A DNA stretch of 64,000 bases from Octopus bimaculoides (taxonomy: Eukaryota), in assembly GCF_001194135.2 (NCBI RefSeq), contig NC_068994.1, positions 48,327,852-48,391,851 on the forward strand. Reading direction: 5' to 3'. This document shows positions 63,799 to 64,000 of the stretch, piece after piece. The notes beneath the pieces are model-generated. The model searched no databases. It saw only the letters and a program-made list of their open reading frames with translations, and had not been told where the DNA came from. The translations under genes were made by a program, and so were the position numbers. Each line of letters opens with the position of its first letter. The stretch's first letter is position 1.

Positions 63799-64000
63799 AC
63801 ATGCACTGACCTGTAATTCTCATACTTGCAACGTCTGTGGCTTGTTTTGCAAATTATTGAGTGACAAAAAAAAAAAAAAGTACGTTGTCAGAGCTTCATA
63901 TGTCGAAGAGATATATATGTTGATATAGGGCCTTGTTCAAAACGATAGAATTCATATCTCCACAGGGCAGGGCATACACACTTATTTAAGCTTGAAAACT

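Overview
AT-rich animal genomic DNA from a draft assembly, with many N gaps, most abutting microsatellites or homopolymer runs. The repeat content (dense tRNA-type SINEs, (CA)n/(TA)n tracts) looks like an octopod cephalopod such as Octopus; this is an inference, not a database result. Three spliced protein-coding genes were reconstructed by hand from GT-AG exons in consistent phase. (1) The last three coding exons of a C6orf62/XTP12 homologue (+, 894-5653). (2) A complete 7-exon LAPTM4-family lysosomal transmembrane protein (+, 19457-37631, 299 aa) with two PY motifs and an unusual 38-aa Ser/Thr-rich tail. (3) A convergent secreted two-FAS1-domain (fasciclin) protein (-, 53909-45314), with one internal exon not found, probably in an N gap. 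Mobile DNA includes a HERO-like RLE retrotransposon fragment, a decayed Tx1-like LINE lacking its endonuclease, two mariner fragments, a 91-bp mini-Helitron and several SINE families. The most unusual unexplained structures are a 144-bp near-perfect palindrome at 55.9 kb, an inverted-plus-direct chimeric copy of LINE ORF1 pieces carrying a 49-nt hairpin, and a chain of candidate spliced exons in the 10-17 kb 'intergenic' zone. Almost all ORFs in the supplied track are microsatellite or N-gap artefacts. I found no evidence strong enough to claim a new multi-gene system.
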